Source: Callorhinchus milii
Lineage: Eukaryota
DNA: 64,000 nucleotides
Assembly: GCF_018977255.1 (NCBI RefSeq)
Contig: NW_024704743.1
Span: 81,284,001 to 81,348,000 of the forward strand
Direction of reading: 5' to 3'
Shown: positions 51,900 to 62,670 of the stretch, piece after piece
Position numbering within the stretch: the first letter of the stretch is position 1
Layout: each line of letters starts with the position of its first letter
Position numbers and translations under genes: made by a program
The notes under the pieces: generated by a model
Told to the model about the DNA's origin: nothing
The model's database searches: none
What the model saw: the letters and a program-made list of their open reading frames with translations, nothing else

Positions 51900-52204
51900 G
51901 TTTTGGTCAGCCAGGTGTCTGATACACATGCAAACCCATCACCATGCTTAAGAGTATCCAAACCAAACTGAGAATTCCACATACGTATGCCACTTACGCA
52001 TAGAAATTTCCCTGTGTTTGGAAAGGAATGCCCACTCTCTTCCTGGAAGGATGCACCCTGCATATCTAATTCTGGAAAGTATTAGTCGCAGGTTGATAAG
52101 AGCCAAGACGTAGGGACCTCAGAGTGTGCTGCAGTTTATCCAGCTAAAACTGCATATCTTACCATTGAGACCATTGTGCAGCTTGGACCACCTTACCTGT
52201 TAGG
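51900..52204. repeat. Unclassified ~300-bp interspersed repeat
   Basis: ccatgcttaagagtat..cctgtgtttggaa..taatt..aagtattag..gcaggttga..ccaccttacctgttag shared with the 45440 copy. Confidence 0.75.
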
Positions 52205-52864
52205 CATTGTCAGGGTTAATAGAGTTGTCAGGTTTAACAGGAGACAAATGATAGGAATTCCTAGTCTAAGTGAATCTCCTAGTCTCCTTCCCTGAAGGAG
52301 ACCCATTTTATCTCCTGAGGCTTTTTTTGCACCATGAGACAACCTGAAAGCACTGATGGTATACAGTTCTGCCGATGCCAGAAACCCTCCTGTCCTCCAC
52401 CCAGGTGATCATTCACCATGGATGAAGCCAGACAGTGATCATGCACATCAGTAGGAGCATCTCAAGCACACTGGCCGCACTTGAATCCACACGCAAACAC
52501 TTGACAGCTGAGTCACTGGATAGAAATCACCAGAGAGGGCTTTGTTAGACATTTTACTCGCTAACACTCTGAGGCCAGTTCTAGCACTATCCTGTCTAAG
52601 ATCAGCTAACTCAACAGAGCTCAGCAATCAACTGTGAAACCTTCTGGATCTGTTTAACTTAGAAGAACCACACAGGCAGTAGGATTACTTACTGAGTCAC
52701 TAGTGGAGTGAGTTTAGATTAAAAACACATGCATTTTCTTCTGGGGGAGTGATGCCAATTCTACAGCCAAATCTGGGAATCAGATGTGAATTGTCAACTG
52801 CTTCAGTTCTACTTTCACATTTTATGAATTTAAAACAGAGTCGAATTAAAACAAATTTAAAAAT

Positions 52865-53176
52865 GGAGTCGCGTAGCTCAGTGGTTAGAACACTCGCCTT
52901 GCAAGCGAGACACCTGGGTTTAATTCCAGGCAGGGCGAAACCTTGGGCAAGTTTCTTACTCCACAAGCTTAATAATAATCTTTCCAAAACAAAACAATAA
53001 ATTGGTCATTTTCAATCCACGACTGTTTGTGGGACACTGCTGTGCGCAATTGGCTGCTGCGTTTTGCCCACAAATATACGATCGATTCACTTTACAGCAT
53101 ATTCTGTGAAGCGCTTTGAGACGTGTAGAAGATGTGAAAAGCGCTATATCAAATGCAAGGATTATTATTATTATTA
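52865..53176 (+). mobile_element. Full-length tRNA(Ala)-derived SINE with L2-type tail
   Basis: A box tagctcagtgg, anticodon arm CTCGC-cttgcaa-GCGAG (TGC), B box gggtttaattcc, body, hairpin gcgcttt..aaaagcgc, (ATT)n. Confidence 0.92.
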
Positions 53177-53595
53177 ATTTATCTGAAAACCTTGATTAGA
53201 ATCCAACTTCGTAATGACTCACTTTCCACATCAGGAAGGGAAAGTTGCAGCTTTTCATGATGTATTCATGCAGTAATAATAATAATAATTATTTATTATT
53301 CAAAGTGATATCAAATGAAACCCATTACAAAATAAGTTGATTTATTCCTGTTCATTAATTATTGTTGATCTCAACATTAATTAGGTGGTTAGACCCCACC
53401 GCAACCCACCACTAGCCCCCTTCCTGTGCAGGCACGAGACGGGCCCTTTCCTGGTTTTACTAGTTTTGCAGAACCACTGTTACATTTTTTTGATGCCAGG
53501 ATGTTAACACGGATTAGGGTTATTACGATGAGTTTGTCCGAGAGTGATTCTTAACAGAGCCTGTTTGGACTGATTGTTGCATTCTTTACTGACAG

Positions 53596-53754
53596 TTGCA
53601 TGTGATTATCAGCAAGACCCACACCAAGCTGGTTATTGACTGCAAGCAAGTGGGGGAAAAGCCAACCAGCGCAGCAGGGAACATCACCACGAATGGAGTG
53701 GAAGTGTTGGGCCGCATGGTGCGATCCAGGGGCCCGCGAGACAGCTCTGCACCA
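53596..53754 (+). CDS. COL14A1: COL14A1 exon, TSPN domain
   Basis: gacag|TTG...CCA|gtgag; [53 protein letters not shown]; 159 nt. Confidence 0.95.
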
Positions 53755-53969
53755 GTGAGTGGCTCACACCTACCTTTGTGACTGCTAAAGACGAAGCCTA
53801 GCTTTTACCCTCATGGCCAAATTCATCAAATTTCTCCCAGTGTCCTGGCCAACAATCCTCCAGTTAAACTAGTCATTTACCCCCTACATTTTTGTGGGAC
53901 ATTGCTGTGTGGAAATAGGCTGCTGCATTCACCTTCAAATACACAGTCACTACACTTCCACATGTCGAC

Positions 53970-54335
53970 CTGCCTTAGTTGGTAGCTCTCTCGCCTCTGT
54001 GTCAGAAGGTGTGAGTTCAGGTTCCACATTGGGAATGCAAGAAATGTGCTGCATTGTTGAAGGACTTTTGGGTGAGACATCTGAGATCCCATGTCCCTGA
54101 TTAGATAGATGTTAAAGATCCCATGGCACTATTTGAGAAAAAGAAGGGAGTTTCTTTTTGTGTCCTGCCCAATAATTCCCGAAAGATCATTTATTTCATG
54201 CTGTTTGTGGGACACTGTTATGCACAAAATGGTTGCCAGTTACACAGTCACTGCACTGCACAGTAAATCTGTGAATTACTTTGAGATGTCTTGGTGCTAT
54301 GAAAGGCATCATGTCAAATGCACAGACTGTTATTA
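53970..54335 (+). mobile_element. Older Deu-type SINE
   Basis: ttagttggtagctctctcgcctctgtgtcagaagg head; ttaaagatcccatggcactattt; gctgtttgtgggacactg. Confidence 0.7.
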
Positions 54336-54489
54336 GTTTTGTTAGCAGGCAGTGGGGTTGCAAAAGTACTCGGATTGGAGAACTAATTTTATGGTGAGCA
54401 AGGTTAGGCCATGCTCACCCCTATTAACCGAATCATGTTCCACAAGGGAACGAGGGTTGTCCCCGCAGACAAGCCCCAATTCCCCCCCA

Positions 54490-55225
54490 AACTCTGAAGG
54501 CATGGGGTCAACTTGCACATGTATGCGGATGACACCCAACTCTATCCCTCTGCCTCCACCCTTGACTCCAGGACCACTGCTGTCCTGACAAATGTCTGTC
54601 AGACATCAAATCCTGGATGAGAGCTAACTTTCAACAGTTGAACGTCAACAAGACCGAGGCTCTCCTGATTGGCTCCTGTCAGCACCTCCTCACCTCAGGG
54701 GCTGACAGCATCACCATCCATGGTTGCACACTCCACCTTACTAAGCCAGTCCAGAACCTTGGGGTCTTGATTGACCCTCAACTGTCCTTTCCAACCCACA
54801 TCTGTGTCATGACCCACTCAGCCTTTCCTTCCTCTGCAAGATCGCCCGGCTCCGCCACTGTCTCACACCACAGGCTGCCTAGACCCTCATACACAAATTC
54901 ATAATATCCAGGCTTGATTACGCAAACTCCCTGTTTGTCGGCCTCCCCAACTCCTCCCTCCATAGGCTGCAGATCATCCAGAACTCTGCAGCCCGTGTCC
55001 TCTCCTCCACGACCCTATCACCCCCTGACTCCACTGGCTTCCCATTACACAGAGGATACAGTTCAAGATCCTGGTCCTCACTTTCAAAACCCTCCTTCGG
55101 TCACCCTACTTCCCTCCCCAGCCCTCCACCCTCCCCGATCCCCAGCTTGGGTCCAAAACATTGATTGTCCAGCGCCATTGGGATGTCCTCCCGAAGTGAA
55201 AGGCACTATACAAATGTAATTTTGT
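54490..55225 (+). mobile_element. L2 fragment
   Basis: HMYADDTQLY..WMRANFQQLNVNKTEALLIG..QNLGV; 3' hairpin. Confidence 0.88.
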
Positions 55226-55857
55226 TCTTAGAATCCACCACACATAGAAGGGGATCCCTGTCTGCAGGATTCACAGAAGCATTGAAATGTACAGCACAGA
55301 AGAAGGCCGATTGGTCCATCGAGTTTGTGCTGCTTCTTTTAAAGATTAATCCTTTCATTCTCATTTACCTGCTTTTTCCCCATAGTCGTACTTTACATCC
55401 TCTTTTTCGCTGCGAGGCGCTATTTATTTTCCCGTTTTCCCGGTGGCCGCTTTCTCTAATGTATCCACAGAATCGCACAGAACAGTCTGAGCTTTGTCTG
55501 CAACTCCAGGCTCGGCAATAAATACAGCTCAGACAGACTTGGAACTAAAGTAACACTAAATTAAAGATTCCTTTGTAATGAGTACAAGGAGGTTCCCTTT
55601 GTTGGGATTTTGTAAATGTGTATAAATCACTAGACACAAACACCCCTGTTGTTGTAGAAAATAGTTTGTGCTTTTGGTCACATTCCTGCACCGCATTCTG
55701 CTTGAGACAGTTCAGGAAATGTTCTTCTGTTTGCTCTGATTTTGATGGTAGTCGACGTTTTTTCAACAATGGTTCCTGTTACAGTAGTTCTTTTTTATCT
55801 TTGTGACTAAACCACGAAACTCAATTTTATTTTAAGACCAACTTAAAAGCACTCGCA

Positions 55858-56135
55858 TTTAGAGCACTCGCCTTGCAAGCGAGAGACCTGGTTTTGGTTC
55901 CCGGCCGGGCAAGTTTCCTTACTTCACCCGCCTCTGTTTACCTAGCAACAAAAAGGAACCCAGTTGTTAGTTGATTGGTGGATCGCTTTTCCAGGGATAA
56001 TAATACTTTAAAAAAAATAATTTGGTCACTCAATCCACGACTGTTTGTGGTACACTGCTGTGCACAATTGGCTGCCGCCTTTCGCCCACAAATATACGGT
56101 GTGAAGGAGTTTGAGAAGCCTAGAAGACGTGAAAT
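55858..56135 (+). mobile_element. tRNA-derived SINE, long variant
   Basis: agagcactcgccttgcaagcgag head, extra central block as in the 33878 copy. Confidence 0.82.
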
Positions 56136-57194
56136 GCCTTGGTGCATTTTGAGCCTTTGATGCAGTGTCACACATGCTTGTCAATCTCAATGTCAGTCTC
56201 TTGACGTCATCCTGCAGTGACACTAGGTTTCCAAGCAGATTTGTGAGAGCTTCCATTGGCAATTCAATTATGCAATCTCTGCAAGCCCAAGCAATGGTGA
56301 CCAGAGGTGGGTGGTAGCTCCTGGTTATTAGACTTCTTTGTACCTTCCTTTTTCACGCTTCATTTCTGTTATTTGGGTAGCGGATTTCACATAACTACAT
56401 TTCCATGGTGGTGGACACCTGCATGAATGTCTGACAGCATTGCATTGTACTTATACAATGATGCCCCACACACCCAGGATGTCAGTACACCTGTTATCAA
56501 ATGTATTTACTCTCTGATAATTTTTGATAAACATATTTTAAAACACCACCTTTACTGAACTCTAAGGTTTTTCATTAATAAGTGTCTCCACCATTGAGAG
56601 ATGCTTTAGAATTGCCTGGAATTTCCTTTTATTCCCCTCAAACTCTCTACAATAATGTATCTCTGCTTTAGATTTGGTCACTAAAATTTGTACTTAAAAC
56701 ACAAATATTGCATATTATTTTGCACTGAAAATGTAACAGATTTAAATTTTTTCATTGGGTGCACAAATATAATCTACTGTGAGTGAAATGTGTGGTTCTG
56801 TGTGAAGAATTCACTTGGGTCTAAAGCACAGTGATTTCAAACCGGTTTCCTCAATAATGGCTCTGAATCAAAAATGTGGACTCCCTCTGGTAGCCAGATC
56901 TGCATCACACTGATCTGTGGGAATCCCGCTGAGATGTGATTTATTTCTGGAGCAGAGTTCCTTTGGGTTGGCACATTTCCTGGTTACCAGAAGGAAAGCC
57001 CTTGTGACCTGGTATCATTATTGACCCTGATAAAATCACAGCAGTTTACACCCTCGTATTAGAATCAGAAGTGTTAATTTACAGAGGACAACAGGGTGTA
57101 TACGCAAATGGATAATGGAAATAATATTAACTTATTCTGGGCTGAGTTTAATTTTCTACATGAATTCCAATCTTTTTTCTTATGTCAATCCTAG

Positions 57195-57272
57195 TTTCAG
57201 CTTCAGGGCTTTGACATTGCCTGTACCACCTCCTACGCAAACAGGGACAAGTGTTGTGAGCTTCCAGCTATG
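57195..57272 (+). CDS. COL14A1: COL14A1 exon, TSPN end
   Basis: cctag|TTT...ATG|gtgag; [26 protein letters not shown]; 78 nt. Confidence 0.92.
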
Positions 57273-57877
57273 GTGAGTGCAAAGTGCATCCGTCTGTTGA
57301 CTCATTATTTAGAAAAAACATGTCTTGTGAGGTTATGGAGATGGTGGGTGGGGGAGGAGAAAAATATGTAAGATAGAAGCAGGGTTACTTAGGATTGATT
57401 TAACATGTCGTAATAGAAAAAGGGAATTTATAAGAAAATGTTAAAATGTTTAATTTTTTTCTAAAACTTTTGCTGGTATGGTTCCAAAAGATGTTCTTTG
57501 GAATTGTAGCCATCAATGAAGAAGAGTTAGTGAGAAACATTGGACTGAGACTGAGTAAGTACTAATGTGATATTGGGTAGTGGCTTGTATAGATTTGGTT
57601 AGCATGACTTGCAACTTTCTGAACTCAAAACCCGTTGTCCTAAATTTAGTTTTGAATGGATCATTCTTGAGTGAACTTGATATTTCTTCGGGTTTTTTTT
57701 GGCAAAAATTGCTTACATGGTTGATCATACTGAGGTTTTTGTTGTGCTGTACATCAATGTCTTGCAGTATATTCCAGTTGGTTTTATGAGAGGGTATGGG
57801 CTCAACATTCCTGCTCAATGCTGCCTTTGTTTGTTAATTTAAGGTGACGTTTTCAGGGTGATGAATTTTTTTTTCAG

Positions 57878-57964
57878 AGAGATGAAGCCAATTGCCCGGC
57901 TCTGCCACATGCCTGTACTTGTTCCCAGGACAGCAAAGGACCACCAGGGCCTTCAGGACCTCAA
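57878..57964 (+). CDS. COL14A1: COL14A1 exon, Cys-rich NC3 end and start of COL2 helix
   Basis: ttcag|AGA...CAA|gtaag; [29 protein letters not shown]; 87 nt. Confidence 0.94.
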
Positions 57965-58017
57965 GTAAGATTGCAGTTTTGACTTATATTCTATACAATT
58001 ACAATAAATAAATTTCT

Positions 58018-58300
58018 GTCAGCCTGAGTCAGTAGAGAGCACTGTCACCTCTGGGTCAGAAGGTTGTGGGTTCAAGCCCCACGGAGGGACTTGAATTCCT
58101 AATATAAACTTCATGCCAGTGCAGTTTTACAATGTCAGCCAATAAATTCCTCTCTCCATTTGCCTGTTCAGGTGGATATTGAAGATCCCATGGCACTATT
58201 TGTGAAGGGAGTTTCTCCCGGTATCACAATTAACAATCCTCCAGATTAATTAATCATTTATCTCATGACTATCCACACATTAGTTGCTCCGCTTGCTTAC
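58018..58300 (+). mobile_element. Older Deu-type SINE
   Basis: agcactgtcacctctgggtcagaaggttgtgggttcaagcccc; gcctgttcaggtggatattgaagatcccatggcactatt. Confidence 0.7.
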
Positions 58301-58831
58301 CAAAAAAAATCCAAGAAGAATTGAGATAAAATAAAGGTTGAAATTCATAAAAATTAAAAACAGACAAGTCCAATCATGTTGCACCTCTGGTTATCAGCGG
58401 GACTTAATACTTTGCAAAAAATAGCTAGATACTAACCTCCTTCATCTTTGTTTCTCATGGCAACAAGTTTTGTTTATTAAAGTTTCCAGTAAAAATATTT
58501 AACAAAACGTCTCGGAAATAGTGTTTAGGAAACCAGGAGTTAATTTAATTGTGGGTCATTATAGCCTAAGAGCATTCATTGCTTAATGTCTGTTCTTGTG
58601 AAATGTACATCTGTGTTTAAAAGATCAAAGAACAACCTTTAGTAATAAAACTACTCCTTACTCTTCCTGTAATAAAAATGACAAACTGATTTTCTGATGT
58701 AGAAATCTTTCCAAATTAAACAATGTGAAAATAGTGATGTGCTCCAGAGAATCATTTCAATTCTTTTTAAAAATTAGAACAAATCCGTTAAATCTCAAAT
58801 CTCTGTTAAGTGATAATTTGGATCTACTATA

Positions 58832-58950
58832 AAAAACAGAAGTCACTGGGAACACTCAGTAGGTCAGGCAGCATCTATAGAGAGCCAAGTGTTCCTAGCG
58901 ACTTCTGTTTTTATTTCAGATTTTCAGCATCTGCAGTATTTTGCCTTTTG
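58832..58950. mobile_element. Palindromic foldback element, same family as 12255
   Basis: 25-bp inverted arms 58832-58856 and 58878-58902 with 2 mismatches. Confidence 0.6.
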
Positions 58951-58959
58951 TATCTACAT

Positions 58960-59178
58960 ACAAAGCCCTCCATGGCCTTGCCCCACTCTACCTCTGTGAC
59001 CTCCTAACCCCCTACCAACCTGCCCGTTCCCTCCGCTTAGCTGGCTCTGGCTGGCTCCACGTCCCCGATCCACCTGCCCCTCCATTGGCGGGAGAGCCTT
59101 CAGCGACTCTGCTCCCAACCTCTGGAACTCCATCCCCCAATCACTCCGCCTCGCCCCCTCCTTAGCCTCCTTCAAGAC
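58960..59178 (+). mobile_element. L2 internal fragment
   Basis: YKALHGLAPLYLCDLLTPYQPARSLR. Confidence 0.85.
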
Positions 59179-59950
59179 AGATAGAGTTCTCTAATGACTT
59201 TTCAATTTATTTATCCCCCAGTGATGGTGAGGCAGTATTCTGATAACACATGCTGATCCTTATTGATCAGTGCCTTTGGGTCAGCCAGGTTTCTGATACA
59301 TGTGAAACTTGTGGTTATTCTTTAAATAAACTCTTTTTGAAAAAAAATCCCTGTAATAAGATTGCTTCCTGTGCATTCTACCATGCATTAATCAGTTTGC
59401 TACAGAAGGATTAAACTGTATCTCTTAACACAAGTGAAAACTTTACTGGAAACGTGCTCTAACTATTTAAGGCATGGTAAGATGTGTCTGAGGCAGTAAT
59501 GTCAATGAAAGGTTCAGATAATCCCTTCACCTTTGGTTACGATACCTGAGCAGGTTATGTTTATCTAATCCTTTTAATTGGATTCCTGCTTTAACCGTGT
59601 TAATTTTTCGTGTAACCTTTTCTGTGAAAATGATGCTAGTTGAATATGGATTTCTTTCTTTTACTGGAGATTTTCTGCTCCTGTGTGATGTAGGACTTTG
59701 ATTTGCATTTTGTGGCGTACACAGAGCTTATTTGGGAAAGTTATTTACGGAAAACCTCATTATTGTAACATATGTGGATAAAAGTTCCGTTCAGTTTTAG
59801 GTGATGCGCGATTATAACAAGCATTGCTTAGATTAGAACCTTATCACATGCAACATCAGAAATTCATAGTTTAAGATGTTCCCTTGTTAGCCATTATAAG
59901 CCTATTGATTGTGAACTTATTCAACTTCTCCGTGTGCATGTTTGTTATAG

Positions 59951-60004
59951 GGTGGTCCAGGTTTAAGAGGTGCAAGAGGAGAGCGAGGAGAACCAGGTCA
60001 AAGG
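59951..60004 (+). CDS. COL14A1: COL14A1 54-nt Gly-X-Y exon
   Basis: tatag|GGT...AGG|gtaag; GGPGLRGARGERGEPGQR. Confidence 0.95.
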
Positions 60005-60203
60005 GTAAGATTTTCTTTTGTGAAATTTTATATAACTCATTGAAGAATCCCTCGAGGAAAAAATACTTTCCTTCTCACTTATCCCACACATCAAAAGCAC
60101 AAATCGTAAATTATGCCAGGTGTATGTACAACGCACAACATAAATTAGCTCAAATAGTTTACTTGAAGGGTGGAGTTTGAAGTCTTCTTTCTTTTCTTGA
60201 TAG

Positions 60204-60299
60204 GGAATAGATGGCCCTCGCGGTGAAATTGGCTCTCCAGGTCCCCAGGGACCGCCCGGTCCACAGGGACCAAATGGACTTTCCATTCAAGGACCTCCG
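60204..60299 (+). CDS. COL14A1: COL14A1 Gly-X-Y exon with helix imperfection GLSIQG
   Basis: gatag|GGA...CCG|gtgag; [32 protein letters not shown]; 96 nt. Confidence 0.95.
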
Positions 60300-60924
60300 G
60301 TGAGTTTATGCTCTTACTCCAGCTGGAAATACTTGGTTCAGTATTGCTTCCACTTGATCACCCTCTTCTTCACTGAAGACCTTCTCCAAAGAATGTATCT
60401 TTGTTTGGGTTACGTTCATTTCTCAATTCTGACACCTACAGAAATTCCTTGCAGTGGTGAAGTAGACACCATTTCCAGTCACGGAGAACTCATAAGAAGC
60501 AGAGTGTCCATTTGCCTGTTATGGAATTGTCAGCTTCTCCCTTTTCTCCTCTCCCACCATATGCCTACGCTGGAGAATAAAGGTGCCATTTGGTAAAATC
60601 AAGCCGTTTGGAAGCCGGACAGTACATTGGGGTACTGCTCACATTTAATCAGCTAAAACCATGCAGCCTAGCTTTGTGAGACATTGTTAAGCTTATTGCT
60701 GTGTGTCCACCTAGCATTGGCCTACTCATTAGGACTTTGGCTCGCAGGGTTATCATTTCCCAAACGGGAAAAATCCCAAACAGCAGTGAACATATCTGCT
60801 CCATAATCCAAGCATCCTGCTCAATCACCTCCAATGCCTGAACCATACCTTGATTAATGTTTTTCCTCCCAATTTTCAGAGCACTGATTTATTGCATTGC
60901 TACGTTGTCTTTCATTCAATTAAA

Positions 60925-61415
60925 CTTTAAACCAAGGCCCATCTGCTTGTGCTTAAGGTGGACTTTAAAGGTCCCAGCACACTATTCAAAAAGAGAAGGG
61001 AGATTTTCCAGGTGTCCTGGCCAACAATGCTTTAGATAATTTGGTCAGTCTCCTCATAGCTACTTGTGGGACCTTGCTGTGTACAAAATACCTGGTGTAT
61101 TTGACTACCAAAACACTGCACTTGACAGCAATTATTGTAAAGCACTTTGAGACATTTTGACATGATGTGATACTATAGCTGGCTAAGATCAAGAAACATT
61201 TCCTCATACAGAGGGATTGCTCTACCCCAGAAAATTTTAGAGGTGAAACCAATAGTAATGTTGAAGAGAGAGATAGACAGATGTTTGAGTAGTATAAGTA
61301 TCAAGGTGTTTTGTGAAAGGGCAGGCACTGGAATTAAAAGATCTGCCAAAATCTAATAAACTAATGGAATAGGCTTGATGTGCTGAATGGCCTCCTCCTG
61401 TTCCTGTTATCCTGT
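60925..61415 (+). mobile_element. Deu-type SINE fragment (to ~61175) followed by CR1 3' fragment
   Basis: ttaaaccaaggcccatctgc..ggtgtcctggccaac; then aagaaacatttcctcatacagaggg..gctgaatggcctcctcctgttcctg. Confidence 0.6.
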
Positions 61416-61511
61416 GTTTCAATTTCAATACAAGTTGTTTTTCTTTCTTGCATTTACTTCTATTAATCAAACAATTTCCATTTCTGAAGCGTATCTTTGT
61501 TAAATCTGTAG

Positions 61512-61565
61512 GGAACCATGGGTGAAAAAGGCGACAAAGGAGATCCTGGTTCCTCAGGCCCACAG
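61512..61565 (+). CDS. COL14A1: COL14A1 54-nt Gly-X-Y exon
   Basis: tgtag|GGA...CAG|gtagg; GTMGEKGDKGDPGSSGPQ. Confidence 0.95.
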
Positions 61566-62409
61566 GTAGGATTACAATTTAATTATAATGCACCAAAAAA
61601 AAACTTTCTTTATGTCTGTCAAAATATTATTACTGGGATGTATATTTCATTCAGGGTTCTATGACATAATTGACTATATAAACGCTTTCTTCCATTCCTC
61701 TTACATATTTGTTGCTTACTGTCTAAAAAACCTACAGATGTCAGCTGGGGTTGCTGTGTGTCTGATAGCTCCTAGCTTTTCTGTTCAGAATTTAAGGCCT
61801 CAGGCATCTGTCAACGAGTTGACAAATATTACAAGTGCCATCCTGCAGAGATCTGCCCAGATTGATCCTTTTTGTTTCAACAAGAGCTCCTTTAACTTTG
61901 AGGAAGGGACAAGTGTCTCCGAAATGTTAGGTGTGCGTGTTTGTGTGTGGGGAGAGGGGGGTTTGTTGCTGACTTGACTTCACCAGATCCTATCCTTCTT
62001 GTTCCACAGTTCTTTGATATTTTTTCCTTCTGTCCCCCGAAGGCAGCAGTTTGTGATGGCGTGTGTTTCCGGGATTTGGGAGTTTGCAGTGTGTTAGCCT
62101 GGACAATAGACAGACTGTCCATAGTGTAGAAGGGGAAATGACTGCTGAGTACAATCCTGTCTTCAATCATGTGCACTTCAGCAGGGCCTTGCTCAACGGT
62201 GAGCAGGTTTGGCCAAATCCTTACTTGGGATGGAAAGGCTAAGGCTCCAACCATTGCCCTGGTTGACATCAGCGAATCAGCCAAAATCAAACTACAATCC
62301 CTCTTGTCTGCATAGATCAATCCCACACCAACCAGTATCCACCCACTGAGTTGTCAGGAACTTTAGACTGATGGTTTATAATTATTTGTCTTTTCTTTAC
62401 TATGTCTAG

Positions 62410-62463
62410 GGAATTCCAGGCGCACCAGGGATCCCAGGGCGGGAAGGTGCATCAGGTCAAAGG
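62410..62463 (+). CDS. COL14A1: COL14A1 54-nt Gly-X-Y exon
   Basis: tctag|GGA...AGG|gtgag; GIPGAPGIPGREGASGQR. Confidence 0.95.
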
Positions 62464-62570
62464 GTGAGACTAAACACATAATCAAACCAAAAAGAATGCT
62501 ATTATCGTGTTCATACTGCAATATATAATTTTAGGGGAGATCTAAAGTTTATGTTTTAAATGTTAAAACA

Positions 62571-62670
62571 CGTGTGTGCGTGTATGTGTGTTGAGGGTGT
62601 ATGTAAATTTTATTTTAAATATTAACACAGCGGTGTGTGTGTGTGTGTACATGACTGTGCTTGTGTGTAG
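62571..62670. repeat. Imperfect (TG)n microsatellite
   Basis: Direct reading. Confidence 0.7.

Larger units (their letters stand above)
8841..62463 (+). other. COL14A1: Collagen type XIV alpha 1 chain gene, partial (35 internal coding exons)
   Basis: All exons have AG/GT boundaries and compatible phases and join to 4250 nt without stops. Domain order is vWA-FN3x7-vWA-TSPN-COL. Peptides such as [33 protein letters not shown] and [10 protein letters not shown] match COL14A1 as I recall it rather than COL12A1. Confidence 0.95.

Noticed and set aside
52865..52940. tRNA-Ala(TGC) gene
   Set aside because: The acceptor stem does not pair and the sequence continues into a SINE body present in several copies; it is a SINE head.
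59963..60286. Antisense collagen-like ORF ([12 protein letters not shown])
   Set aside because: Mirror artefact of Gly/Pro codons on the coding strand.
60204..60299. GLSIQG triple-helix interruption as a novel mutation
   Set aside because: The same imperfection is present in human COL14A1 as I recall, and interruptions are typical of FACIT collagens.
8841..62463. COL12A1 or COL20A1 identity
   Set aside because: Seven FN3 repeats between two vWA domains and the peptide matches fit COL14A1 better; a phylogeny would be decisive.
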